From an uncultured bacterium (GTDB lineage: Bacteria; Patescibacteriota; Minisyncoccia; Moranbacterales; GWC2-37-73), in assembly GCA_903837175.1 (NCBI GenBank), contig CAILTR010000050.1, forward strand, positions 17,513-81,512: a stretch of 64,000 nt of DNA. The letters are read 5' to 3'. The notes beneath the pieces were generated by a model that was not told the origin of the DNA, did not search any database, and was given only the letters and a program-made list of their open reading frames with translations. Made by a program: the position numbers and the translations under genes. This document shows, one piece after another, positions 1 through 8,923 of this stretch (positions are counted from its first letter, which is position 1; each line of letters starts with the position of its first letter).

Positions 1-4
1 AAGT

Positions 5-778
5 TTATAAAGTAAAATTCTCACCCTGCTTCTTTTCCCAATCTTCAATATCATCCCGGAGTCCGAAGATTTCGGTTGTGTTCTCAAATTCTTCGTCGGT
101 CATAATTTGTTTGAGGGCAGCTTTCATGGCTTTGACATTGCCCTTGGCCCGTAGCCCGCGACAACCCTGACAACCCATCCGAGCCGTGGGACAAACTGCA
201 TCGCAACCGCCTAAAATCATCGGCCCGAAACAAGGCTTCTTTTCTAAGAGCAAGCAAGTGTTACCCCGTTTCTTACATTCAATGCAAACTGGATTATCTG
301 GAATTGTCGGAATCTGGCCAGCTAGGAGGAGTGGCAAATAATTTAAAAACTCTTCGCCGTTAATTGGACAACCTGGCAGCGTAAAATCAACTTTCACAAA
401 ATTATCTACTTCCTGGATATCTTCATTTTCAATCCCCTGGATATATTTATAAACATGTTTAACCGCAGTTTTCTTTTCGCGATAATTTTTAATTTCCGGA
501 ATTCCGCCCATCGCCGCGCAGTTGCCAATTACTACTAGCAACTTACTACGCTCTCTTAATTTTAAAAGCGTCTTTTTATTAGCCTCGGTAGCTGGGTTAC
601 CTTCGACGAAAGCGATATCCAGTAAGCGCCCATCGTCTTCCTCATCTTCTAGTAGTCGAAAGTCTACCATCTCCACCAGCTTAGCCACTTCTAAAAAGCG
701 CTCGCCCAAATCGAGTAAAGCAAACTGGCAACCTTCGCAAGAAGTCAAACTAACAATCGCTATTTTTGGTTTTTCCAT
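5..778 (-). CDS. NiFe hydrogenase small subunit, cytoplasmic group 3 (sulfhydrogenase delta / HoxY-like). No Tat signal; has the C-terminal extra Fe-S cluster domain.
   Basis: N-terminal CEGCQFA motif, GNCAAMGG, LPGCP, and the C-terminal Cys cluster CIECKK...CFGP...CDAVCP...CQGC. Stop at 5-7. Confidence 0.8.
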   Translation of the reverse strand: MEKPKIAIVSLTSCEGCQFALLDLGERFLEVAKLVEMVDFRLLEDEEDDGRLLDIAFVEGNPATEANKKTLLKLRERSKLLVVIGNCAAMGGIPEIKNYREKKTAVKHVYKYIQGIENEDIQEVDNFVKVDFTLPGCPINGEEFLNYLPLLLAGQIPTIPDNPVCIECKKRGNTCLLLEKKPCFGPMILGGCDAVCPTARMGCQGCRGLRAKGNVKAMKAALKQIMTDEEFENTTEIFGLRDDIEDWEKKQGENFTL

Positions 779-805
779 TTTTTTATTTTAAAAAATATTC
801 CAAGT

Positions 806-830
806 TCATGACTTTTTCATTATAGCATAT
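806..830 (-). promoter_or_regulatory. Candidate extended -10 promoter (TGcTATAAT) for the hydrogenase small-subunit gene.
   Basis: Minus strand reads tatgcTATAAT, about 40 nt upstream of the ATG at 778. Confidence 0.35.
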
Positions 831-840
831 TTTTTTATAA

Positions 841-873
841 CAAAAAAACGAGGATTAATAATAACCCTCGTTA
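841..873 (-). terminator. Rho-independent terminator 3' of the 871-1539 gene.
   Basis: Minus strand reads aacgagg-gttattattaat-cctcgtt followed by ttttttt. Confidence 0.55.
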
Positions 874-1539
874 TAGCATTCTTTTTATAAGCATCATAAG
901 ATACGGAAATTTAGCGTGATCAACACCCTCTGGGAAAGATTTCGCAGCACGCTTAAATTTAGTATCTTTTCTTTGAAGTGATAGCAGAATTTCTATCATC
1001 TCAGGAGAAGGCGCCGAATCAATAACCATCGGAAAGTGACACAAAACAATTCCTCCCTTTAGAATTTTTTTTCGCTCCTTTTCTAAAAAAACTAAATGTT
1101 TCACCTCAACCGAAATTCCATTATTCTCATAAACCCCCTTTATTAATGGCTTTTTTAAAGAGATACCTGTTATTTTCAATGGTATAAGCATATGTGCAAA
1201 TATCGCATACCTAAAAAAAGTGTTGTCCTCGGTGAAATTAGATTCCCTTAACTCTTCCGCCACAACACTTGTATGTGATGGTCCTCCGAAATAATTCAGA
1301 AGCACCTCAACATCAACAACTTTTTTTTCTAGAGCTTGAGCAACATCCCCAATGGCTCTCCCTCTAGTCTCCCAGTCCTTTAGTTCTGAACAAAAAACAG
1401 GAAATGACATTCCGGCTCCACTCTCTAAAATTTCTTCAATTTTTTTACGATTAAATTCACTACTATCTCTTCCTGTCATATAGCAGCTCAAGAACATCTT
1501 ATAAAAAAAATTTAAAGCATTTGCGGTTATTTCCATCAT
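871..1539 (-). CDS. Hypothetical protein (222 aa) between hypC and the hydrogenase small subunit. Possibly hydrogenase-associated.
   Basis: Intact ORF on the gene strand with a terminator hairpin directly 3' of it. No recognisable motifs. Confidence 0.5.
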   Translation of the reverse strand: MMEITANALNFFYKMFLSCYMTGRDSSEFNRKKIEEILESGAGMSFPVFCSELKDWETRGRAIGDVAQALEKKVVDVEVLLNYFGGPSHTSVVAEELRESNFTEDNTFFRYAIFAHMLIPLKITGISLKKPLIKGVYENNGISVEVKHLVFLEKERKKILKGGIVLCHFPMVIDSAPSPEMIEILLSLQRKDTKFKRAAKSFPEGVDHAKFPYLMMLIKRML

Positions 1540-1554
1540 TTAAGCCTCCTTTTC

Positions 1555-1755
1555 TTATTGTTTAATAATTTTAAAGATCTCTTTGGCGTAATGTTTGTCT
1601 ATTTTTTCAATCACAATATTTTGTTGCGACAAAACAAAATCACCAATAGCTAATTCTATCAGGGTTTTAAGGGTTTGTCTATCTCCACCGTGAGTTTCAA
1701 CCACAACCGAATTTCCATTTATTTTAACAACTTTTTTAGGAATAGTCAGGCACAT
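1555..1755 (-). CDS. hypC: Hydrogenase assembly chaperone HypC/HupF.
   Basis: Starts MCLTIPKKVV; the MC(L/A)(A/T)IP signature and the ~66-aa size are typical of HypC. Confidence 0.85.
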   Translation of the reverse strand: MCLTIPKKVVKINGNSVVVETHGGDRQTLKTLIELAIGDFVLSQQNIVIEKIDKHYAKEIFKIIKQ

Positions 1756-1888
1756 AGTCGCTTTGCTAAATGAAAAATTTAAAAATCAAAATTTAAAATT
1801 ATGGTGTCACTCCGTGACCTATTTCAAAATGGTCGTCGTGCTTGCGCGACTCCAAAATTTTCCATTTTGAGATTTACATTTTAAATTT

Positions 1889-2752
1889 TTACGCTTTCCC
1901 GCCACTACCAAAATAACCCATCTTTTTCATCACGGTATTTTTTACTTCTTCTTGAGCATCTCCTAGCAATTTCCTAATATCAAACGATAAATTATGCTGA
2001 TCTTTAAAGGCACCAGCCAAACTATTAACAAAGGCCAAGCGAGTCGCCGTATCAACGTTAAAACAACAAATCCCGCGGGCGATAACTTCTTTAACTTTAC
2101 CATTTTCCCAATCGGAGGCGCCATGTAAAATCAGAGGCAAATCGACTAATTTATGAATGGCTTCAAGCCGATCGTAATCTGGAATAGCTCGCTCCTTAAA
2201 AAATCCATGCGCATTACCAATGGCTACCGCTAAAGCGTCAATGCCAGTTTGTTTCGCAAAATCAGCAGCTTGAGCTGGGTCAGTCATATATTTATCCCAA
2301 TCAATCTCACCCATCTCAGTTTCTCCAATATAGGGTACACTCCCCAGCTCGCCCTGGACACAAATATCCTTAGGATGACAAACCCCTACCACATTCTTTG
2401 TTAGCAGTAGGTTATCAGCGTAACTCTTACGTGAACCATCATACATCACCGAAGGAAAGCCAATGTTAACACAGCGGTTAATAATTTCTAAACTCTTGCC
2501 GTGATCAAGATGAATCCCAACTGGAATTTCTGGGGCATAAAATTCAGCGATGTTTTTGACTAAATTAAAAATTGCCCTTCCACCAGCATATTCCAGCGTT
2601 TTCTCAGTCATTTGGATAATGACTGGACTTCTCATTTCCTTAGCGGCTTCAATAATAGCCCGCGTCGTTTCCATATTAGTCGTATTGAAAGCCCCTACTG
2701 CATAACCGCCCTCTTTTGCTTTATTTAGAATTTCTTTGACAGATGTTATCAT
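1889..2752 (-). CDS. fba: Class II fructose/tagatose-bisphosphate aldolase.
   Basis: Carries the GAFN...HLDHG class II ketose-bisphosphate aldolase motifs. 287 aa. Confidence 0.9.
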   Translation of the reverse strand: MITSVKEILNKAKEGGYAVGAFNTTNMETTRAIIEAAKEMRSPVIIQMTEKTLEYAGGRAIFNLVKNIAEFYAPEIPVGIHLDHGKSLEIINRCVNIGFPSVMYDGSRKSYADNLLLTKNVVGVCHPKDICVQGELGSVPYIGETEMGEIDWDKYMTDPAQAADFAKQTGIDALAVAIGNAHGFFKERAIPDYDRLEAIHKLVDLPLILHGASDWENGKVKEVIARGICCFNVDTATRLAFVNSLAGAFKDQHNLSFDIRKLLGDAQEEVKNTVMKKMGYFGSGGKA

Positions 2753-2756
2753 TTTT

Positions 2757-2847
2757 CATGGAACATAGAGCATGGAACACATAACACTAGATAATTACGC
2801 CAACTATCTAGCATTCTTGTTCCATGTTTCATGTTTTATGCTATGTG
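2757..2847. repeat. CATGGAA-type repeat cluster in inverted arrangement between fba and tpiA.
   Basis: catggaacatagagcatggaacacataac ... gttccatgtttcatgttttatgctatgtg. Confidence 0.8.
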
Positions 2848-3609
2848 ATTATTAAGAATTTCTACTATTTTCAAAAACTCACTCGGAATTAAACTCTCTC
2901 GCCCGACGAGGACCCCGTCCATTTGAGGTGCTAGGCAAACCTGGGTAACATTTTTCGAATTAACGGACCCACCATAAATAATTCTGACTTTCTCAGCCGC
3001 CGAACTTCCATATTTTTCAACCAACACTTTTTTAATTGTAATTTTAACTTCTAAAATATCGTCTCCGGTCGGAATTGAGCCACTCCCAATCGCCCAAATC
3101 GGTTCGTAGGCAAAAATAACTTCAGCTATCTTTGAAATGGGAATGTCTAAAAGACTCTGACTAACTTGCTCGGTGATAACCCTTACAGTGTCCTCAGCAA
3201 TTCTTTCCTCTTGCGATTCTCCGATGCAAACTATAGGGATTAATTTATCTTGCAAGGCTGCCTTAAGTTTAGCGTTGACGATTTCATTAGTCTCTTGAAA
3301 ATATCTTCGTCGCTCGCTATGACCAATAATAACATATTTGCAACCAAGATTTTTTATCATCAGCGATGATATCTCGCCCGTAAAGGAGCCTCTTTCTTCC
3401 CAAAAAATATTCTGCGCTCCAACCGCAACCTCCTGCGTTTTCAATTTTTCTGCAAATTTTTCCAAATGCACCGCCGGCGGACAAAGGACAATTTCAGCCT
3501 TATTTTTAGGCAAGTTTTTCAATTCTCGCTCAAAAGACTCCAAGTACCGATCTCGTTCAGCGACGGTTAAAAGGTTCATCTTTAAATTCCCAACAATTAT
3601 TTTTTTCAT
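2836..3609 (-). CDS. tpiA: Triosephosphate isomerase.
   Basis: GNLKMN at the N-terminus, IIGHSERR and the IVCIGE catalytic region. Confidence 0.92.
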   Translation of the reverse strand: MKKIIVGNLKMNLLTVAERDRYLESFERELKNLPKNKAEIVLCPPAVHLEKFAEKLKTQEVAVGAQNIFWEERGSFTGEISSLMIKNLGCKYVIIGHSERRRYFQETNEIVNAKLKAALQDKLIPIVCIGESQEERIAEDTVRVITEQVSQSLLDIPISKIAEVIFAYEPIWAIGSGSIPTGDDILEVKITIKKVLVEKYGSSAAEKVRIIYGGSVNSKNVTQVCLAPQMDGVLVGRESLIPSEFLKIVEILNNHIA

Positions 3610-3853
3610 ATATTTCTAGTTTAATTGGAAAGGTTTCAACCAAAGGTTGATCAGCCTCTGGCTGACATCTTCAAGTTTCCAACTATAATTTTTTGCATAG
3701 ATTTAAAAATTTAATCAATGAGAGCCTCAACCAAAAAATAGAGCTATAATTTGGGACGGAGCTCAGCTCCGGAATAACAAACCGCAATTAATTAATGAGT
3801 TGTACTAGTTCATATTACATTCCAAGCATACCACAAAAAACAAAAACCTGCAC

Positions 3854-3881
3854 TTTTCCCAGCAAAAACAATCTCGAAAGA
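3854..3881. terminator. Perfect 12-bp stem-loop flanked by A and T runs; a likely bidirectional rho-independent terminator.
   Basis: Sequence aaaaacaatctc-gaaa-gagattgttttt. Confidence 0.5.
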
Positions 3882-3945
3882 GATTGTTTTTGGAAAATAT
3901 TTCTTACATCGAATTAATTAAATCAATGTTGCTTTCAAAGAGGCT

Positions 3946-3977
3946 AAGCCTCCCCTTGGAGGCTTAGCCTCTAACGT
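3946..3977. repeat. Hairpin repeat gaggctaagcctc-cccttgg-gaggcttagcctc. Related copies lie at 4165-4180 and 41361-41395.
   Basis: Perfect 13-bp inverted repeat that is GC-rich relative to the surrounding sequence. Confidence 0.7.
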
Positions 3978-4260
3978 CTTATTACTGCAACGCATTAAGT
4001 TAAGTTGGTATAGGTTGGCATTATTTATGCTTCATAAAAATTCGCATTTTTTATCTAACTCTTACCCACGTCTTTTTCGTCGCAGAATTTCCAACCCCAT
4101 CATAAGCCGTCACTTTGATTTCATACGTTCCGCTTGGGGTTGTTTGCAAAACGGTAAACCTGTTGCAAGGAGGCTTAGCCTCCAAAGTCTTGCGACAATG
4201 AATTAAGTTAAATAGTTAGTATTATACGCTAAACTCTTAGCTTTATTATAACACAAAAAA

Positions 4261-5088
4261 CTATTTCCGCACTTTTTTCTTTTCACTTATTTTCTTGAAA
4301 TTATTTCCAGAAACAATCGATCTGCCTAATTCCTTTTCAAGTTCTAGTCTCGCATTTCCAGCCACTCTTCCGCCACGATTGGCATCGTTTTTCAATTTTG
4401 GCAAACCTTTTGAATCCTCTGTGCGATGAATTTCAGTGGTTGAACGTTCGCCAAGCATCGTGAAAATAAGTTCAAAGTCATTCATGTGATCTCGCAAATT
4501 TTCCCGCTCCAACTTTTTCAATTTCTTATATTCACTTGGCGTGACACCGAAAGTCGCCTTGGAAATTTCCGCCGTCAAAATTTCGTATTCCCTTTTTTCT
4601 TTGGCACCTCTTTTTTTCCATTCATCCGTGAGTTCTTCGCGAATGGCAATGCCTCGCATGCGTTTTTCGATCCAATCATCCGAATAGCCTTTCAATTTAT
4701 ACAACATTCTTGTCCGCTTGGTCGCTAGTTCCGGATCTTCGATTTCCTGCACTCGCTCATAACCGACTTTTGCCAACCAACGCTTGAATGGCTCGGCTTT
4801 CGGTGACGGAATAGACTGAATAATGCGGAAAATTCCCTCCGTATTGGCACAATCAGTTTCACGCATTTTCCCGTCTGGTGCCATCAACTTCAAACCGTGA
4901 CAAAATGTCACGACTTCACTCCCATCCTCGTTGAGCCTCTGCTTCAATTTTCTCCAGTAAGCGCCACTATCAAGACTATCTGTGAGCACTTCGCAAATAT
5001 CCACAACCGAAAACCACCATTCATTATTGTGAATGATTTTTCTGACTCCCTTTCCCTTAAAAATCGAGACCTTTGTTTCAATTTCCAT
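4261..5088 (-). CDS. Bro-N domain protein (DinD / phage antirepressor-like).
   Basis: N-terminal ...VSIFKGKGVRKIIHNNEWWFSVVDICEVL... matches the Bro-N fold. Length is similar to E. coli DinD. Confidence 0.7.
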   Translation of the reverse strand: MEIETKVSIFKGKGVRKIIHNNEWWFSVVDICEVLTDSLDSGAYWRKLKQRLNEDGSEVVTFCHGLKLMAPDGKMRETDCANTEGIFRIIQSIPSPKAEPFKRWLAKVGYERVQEIEDPELATKRTRMLYKLKGYSDDWIEKRMRGIAIREELTDEWKKRGAKEKREYEILTAEISKATFGVTPSEYKKLKKLERENLRDHMNDFELIFTMLGERSTTEIHRTEDSKGLPKLKNDANRGGRVAGNARLELEKELGRSIVSGNNFKKISEKKKVRK

Positions 5089-5164
5089 AAAATAATAACT
5101 TTTGATAAAAAATCTTTCCAGTTGAAATGTGCTTTATAATCTCAATTTCCCTAATCTTAATTTT

Positions 5165-5644
5165 CTAAAAATACAGCGTTATTCCAGTCACAATTAAGCC
5201 CGAAACAATCGTCCCAACTAGCAGCAATGGCAAAGATTTTTTCAGTGGCACGTTAAAAATAAAAGCAGCCAGGGCTCCTGTCATCCCGCCTAATAGTGGG
5301 ATTGGCGTCGCAGCCAAAATGAAAATCGCCCATTCCCCATATTTTTCCATCTTGCTACCTGCCCTTTTCCGGGTGTGTTCAAACAGCCAAGCAAAAAACT
5401 TTTTAAAAATCGGAATGTATCTTGAAAGCAGTTTTGAAATTGGTTCCAAAAGAAGCACAATAATAACCATCGAAAAAAAAGTTCCCGCTACGGAATATAG
5501 CAAGGCCACAGTCGCTGAAAGACCATAAACCTTAATCGCCAAAGGAATCGAAGCTCGCAGTTCCGTAATTGGAATTAGCGCAATTAAAAAAGTTGCCAGT
5601 TCCTTCGGAAAACCTGCGAAAAAATTGATAATTAAATCGTGCAT
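5165..5644 (-). CDS. Small multidrug export family membrane protein (COG2426-like).
   Basis: Four TM helices and the LIALIPITELRASIPLA motif. The upstream extension to 5686 runs through a taatcgg tandem repeat and is probably not translated. Confidence 0.6.
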   Translation of the reverse strand: MHDLIINFFAGFPKELATFLIALIPITELRASIPLAIKVYGLSATVALLYSVAGTFFSMVIIVLLLEPISKLLSRYIPIFKKFFAWLFEHTRKRAGSKMEKYGEWAIFILAATPIPLLGGMTGALAAFIFNVPLKKSLPLLLVGTIVSGLIVTGITLYF

Positions 5645-5716
5645 AAAATAGTAACTAGTAATCGGTAATCGGTAATCAGCGATCATTAATCAGCAACTAG
5701 TAATTAATAAAAAAAA

Positions 5717-6001
5717 TTATATCTCTTTTGAAATTTTCTTTTGCGACTGGAGTGCCAAACGAATACATTCTTCTGGGTCATAACCAAGATTTTCAGAAAA
5801 CTGTATCCCACAGACAATTAAGTTTCCTAATTCTTTTTTTAAACTATCATCAGTGTGTGAAACTTTGTCCTTAGCATAATTACGCTCCCAACGGCAAACG
5901 TCCCCAAAAACTTTTCCAATCACCACAATCATTTGAGAAAGTGAAAGTTTTTCACCTTGCCATATCTCTTGGGCTTGTTTTAAAATTTCTTTAATTTCCA
6001 T
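5717..6001 (-). CDS. MazG-like nucleotide pyrophosphohydrolase domain protein.
   Basis: About 94 aa, all-helical, with EIWQGEK...GDVCRWERN...E..E motifs like small MazG/NTP-PPase proteins. Confidence 0.55.
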   Translation of the reverse strand: MEIKEILKQAQEIWQGEKLSLSQMIVVIGKVFGDVCRWERNYAKDKVSHTDDSLKKELGNLIVCGIQFSENLGYDPEECIRLALQSQKKISKEI

Positions 6002-6135
6002 AATAATTAATTCAAAAATTAAAAATCAAAATGAAAAATGACAATAGAAAATGAAAAATATTTTTAAGAAAAATGTCGTGAAACGACTCAATGATTTTCC
6101 ATTTTGAGATTTACATTTTACGTTTAGAAAGCAAA

Positions 6136-7194
6136 CTAATCAATTTGCTTTCGCAAATATTCCGCTGCTACCTCTGGTTGGATAGTTGAGATTTCAATTC
6201 CAGTCTCTAATTCGAAACCAGCCCAAATCGAAGTGTGCGGCAGAATCTCAATATGCCAATGAAAATGGGGGTAATCCTTACCGTCGCAAGGCGAAGTATT
6301 AATATAAAAATTATACGGCGGATCATTCAGCGCTTTATAAATAGAACCCAGGCCTTTACTAAAAACCTCTGCTAATTTAATTTTTTGATGATCTGTAATG
6401 TGTTCGAAATAAGGACTGTGTTTTTTTGGCATCACCCAAACTTCGAAAGCTGCCCGACTAGCAAAAGGGCAAAAGGCAATAAACTCATCATTTTCAAAGA
6501 CAACTCTTTCTTTAAACTGACTTTCGTATTCCGTCATCACGCAGTAAACACATTGTCTATTGCTTCGATAATACATTTCAGCCCCATCAAGTTCTAGCCT
6601 TGGATATGGCGCAATCACTGGGATAGCCATTAATTGGGAATGAGGATGAGCTAGTGAGGCTCCAGCTTCTTTGCCATGATTATGAAAAATAGCAATAAAA
6701 TTTACATTCTTTTTATTCATCAAATCTAGATAACGATCTTGATAAGCGTCAAAAACTTCCGCGACCTCCAGCGTATTCATCATTCCAAGATGCTTGAAAT
6801 GATCTCTGGTTACAATAATCTCATGAAAGCCTACCCCTGGCATTGAAAAATACGGACCTTCTGCTTTTGGACCGATAGCTGCAAGTTGAGAAACCGTCGG
6901 AAATTTATTTGGAAAAACTCGGAGAGTCCACTCACCCTTTTTATCCGCATAAATAAGTACGTCTGACTCTTGTCCGCTAGCTACTGGATCTTCAAAAAGG
7001 CAACTTTCAATACCTTTATCATCCTTAACTCTTTCGAGATTCGCAAAAACATCTGGGCGCTTTGCTCTCCCAACAGCAATTACCACCCAATCGCCCGTGA
7101 CAATATCTTGTCGCAACTCCGAAGCCTGACTGCCATTTTTTGGTAATTCTTTTTCGACTTCTTTTTCGTCTATATTGTTGATATTTATCTGCAT
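6136..7194 (-). CDS. galT: Galactose-1-phosphate uridylyltransferase (HIT family).
   Basis: Zinc-site CVYC and CPFASR motifs, plus the HPHSQ active-site histidines. Confidence 0.85.
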   Translation of the reverse strand: MQININNIDEKEVEKELPKNGSQASELRQDIVTGDWVVIAVGRAKRPDVFANLERVKDDKGIESCLFEDPVASGQESDVLIYADKKGEWTLRVFPNKFPTVSQLAAIGPKAEGPYFSMPGVGFHEIIVTRDHFKHLGMMNTLEVAEVFDAYQDRYLDLMNKKNVNFIAIFHNHGKEAGASLAHPHSQLMAIPVIAPYPRLELDGAEMYYRSNRQCVYCVMTEYESQFKERVVFENDEFIAFCPFASRAAFEVWVMPKKHSPYFEHITDHQKIKLAEVFSKGLGSIYKALNDPPYNFYINTSPCDGKDYPHFHWHIEILPHTSIWAGFELETGIEISTIQPEVAAEYLRKQID

Positions 7195-7321
7195 CGCTTT
7201 AGAAAAGGTCGTAGGAATTAGGATTTAGGTTGTAGAAAGCTTCTACCCTCCATAAGCTAATCCAAATATCTATTATTGTATTTTTATATTATTTTTCTAA
7301 AAACCCTACTATAGCTAACTT

Positions 7322-8071
7322 TTATTTTATCTTATATTGTCCAGTTATCATCCGCCATTTAACCTGAAAAAGTTCCTTAAGACTTTCCAGATACCCCTTA
7401 ATACCAACCGTGCTTTGTCCAGAATCAGTCCAAACAATAGGGATTTCAATAATATTATAACCCATCTTTTTGGCCAAGGCTAAGATCTCAAAATCACCAC
7501 CCCAGCGTACAGCTTTCATTTGAGGAACTATTTTTTCTACAACCTCTTGAGAAAGAACTTTAAAGCCACATTGGGTATCCTTAATACCGTGCAAATCCAA
7601 TAAGTATTGAATTAAGAGATTTCCCATGTTACCTAAAAATTCCTTAAGCTTAGATTGATGCTTTTTAATTAGGGACTTGTCAATATCGCGAGAACCAATC
7701 ATTACGTGTTCATTTTTTTCAATATATTCCCAGAATTTGTCTAAACTATTGATTGGGGTTGCCCCATCAGCATCCGTAAAAAGACGAAATCTACCATGCG
7801 CGCCAAGTAAACCTTCTTGAACAGAATATAATTTTCCTTTATTTTCCTTACGATCAATAACAGTAAGCATTGGCAAAATGCTACGAAAACCTTCTACTAT
7901 CTCAGTAGTATTATCTTTTGAACCATCATTAACAACAATTATTTCATAGGAAACTTTTTTTTCTGCAAAATATTTAGCAATATCTTGTAGATTCTCCCTA
8001 ATTCCTACTCCTTTTCTACTTGCCTCATTATAGGCAGGCATTACGACTGACAATAAAATTTGATCGTTCAT
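7322..8071 (-). CDS. Family 2 glycosyltransferase (dolichyl-phosphate sugar synthase-like).
   Basis: LSVVMPAYNE ... VVNDGSKDNT ... DAD motifs. Paralog of 9946-10686. Confidence 0.85.
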   Translation of the reverse strand: MNDQILLSVVMPAYNEASRKGVGIRENLQDIAKYFAEKKVSYEIIVVNDGSKDNTTEIVEGFRSILPMLTVIDRKENKGKLYSVQEGLLGAHGRFRLFTDADGATPINSLDKFWEYIEKNEHVMIGSRDIDKSLIKKHQSKLKEFLGNMGNLLIQYLLDLHGIKDTQCGFKVLSQEVVEKIVPQMKAVRWGGDFEILALAKKMGYNIIEIPIVWTDSGQSTVGIKGYLESLKELFQVKWRMITGQYKIK

Positions 8072-8158
8072 TTTTTTTAAAATTAGTATAAAAAAATTTT
8101 ACCCCCATCTCTATGATTAGCTTACCACAGAATAACCATCCTTTCAATACCTAATTTT

Positions 8159-8905
8159 TTAAATATACTTTCTAGCTAAAACATTAAAGGTGCTGTCAAC
8201 TTCTTTTAGATATTTTTCATCAATCTTTTCAATATACTCATGCCAGCAAAGATGTTCCCAAAGATGTAAACTAAAAACATTCCTCAAATCATTATCAGTA
8301 TTTACGAAAATATTTCTTAGTCCATTCTTACTCCAACTATGCTTATAAAAAGAACGTTGAGACTCAATATGTATCGAGTCGGGATATTCTTTGGCTAATT
8401 TTAATGGATAAAGAATGCTATGGTTATTCCAAGAACCATTAAATTCGACCCGAATATTTTTTTCCCAAATTTTTCCAAAAAATGATTCTTTCTTTGCCAT
8501 GATTAAAGCATTCCCAAGTCCGCCGTAAGGATCGGTTAGATCTTCTAGACCCATTAAAAAATCATTTTCAAAAAAAGACTTTGGCATTTTTTTAATGAAA
8601 AGCGTGTCGATATCTGCATATATTCCACCATATTTATTCAGCATTTCTAATCTAAGAAAGTCTGCCTGATGAGCATAGCCTATCTTTTTACCATTAATAA
8701 TTTTAATTGGATCAACTTTTACCAAGCAAAGCTGATCCTTTATTGCCTCCCAATGATGCCCGCGTGGCTCATATTGGTAATAAAAAAAGATCTTATCTGG
8801 CTTATTCACCGCGAGACAGGATTTCAAGCAAACGTAGTGGACCAGATGCAATTTTTGTGGAGTTGTCTTTAACCCAAAAATAAAGTGAAAAATATTCGGA
8901 ATCAT
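8159..8905 (-). CDS. DXD-motif glycosyltransferase (GT32 / Och1-like sugar-binding region).
   Basis: IPNIFHFIFG...YADIDT motifs. Confidence 0.65.
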   Translation of the reverse strand: MIPNIFHFIFGLKTTPQKLHLVHYVCLKSCLAVNKPDKIFFYYQYEPRGHHWEAIKDQLCLVKVDPIKIINGKKIGYAHQADFLRLEMLNKYGGIYADIDTLFIKKMPKSFFENDFLMGLEDLTDPYGGLGNALIMAKKESFFGKIWEKNIRVEFNGSWNNHSILYPLKLAKEYPDSIHIESQRSFYKHSWSKNGLRNIFVNTDNDLRNVFSLHLWEHLCWHEYIEKIDEKYLKEVDSTFNVLARKYI

Positions 8906-8923
8906 ATCGATATTTTAAAAGAA

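Noticed and set aside
4015-4206. Plus-strand 63-aa ORF in the tpiA-Bro-N spacer.
   Set aside because: It overlaps the hairpin repeat elements, has basic low-complexity composition, and nothing supports a start site.
5645-5686. N-terminal extensions of several ORFs in the track (5165-5686, 12737-13402, 53596-54672, 50454-51482, 62293-63147, 60423-62258).
   Set aside because: The extensions run through tandem repeats and have no homology. Internal Met codons restore canonical N-termini (MNLII for Adk, MGIKK for Pgk, MMRTH for AspRS, MVKIM for the response regulator), and the gene coordinates were trimmed accordingly.
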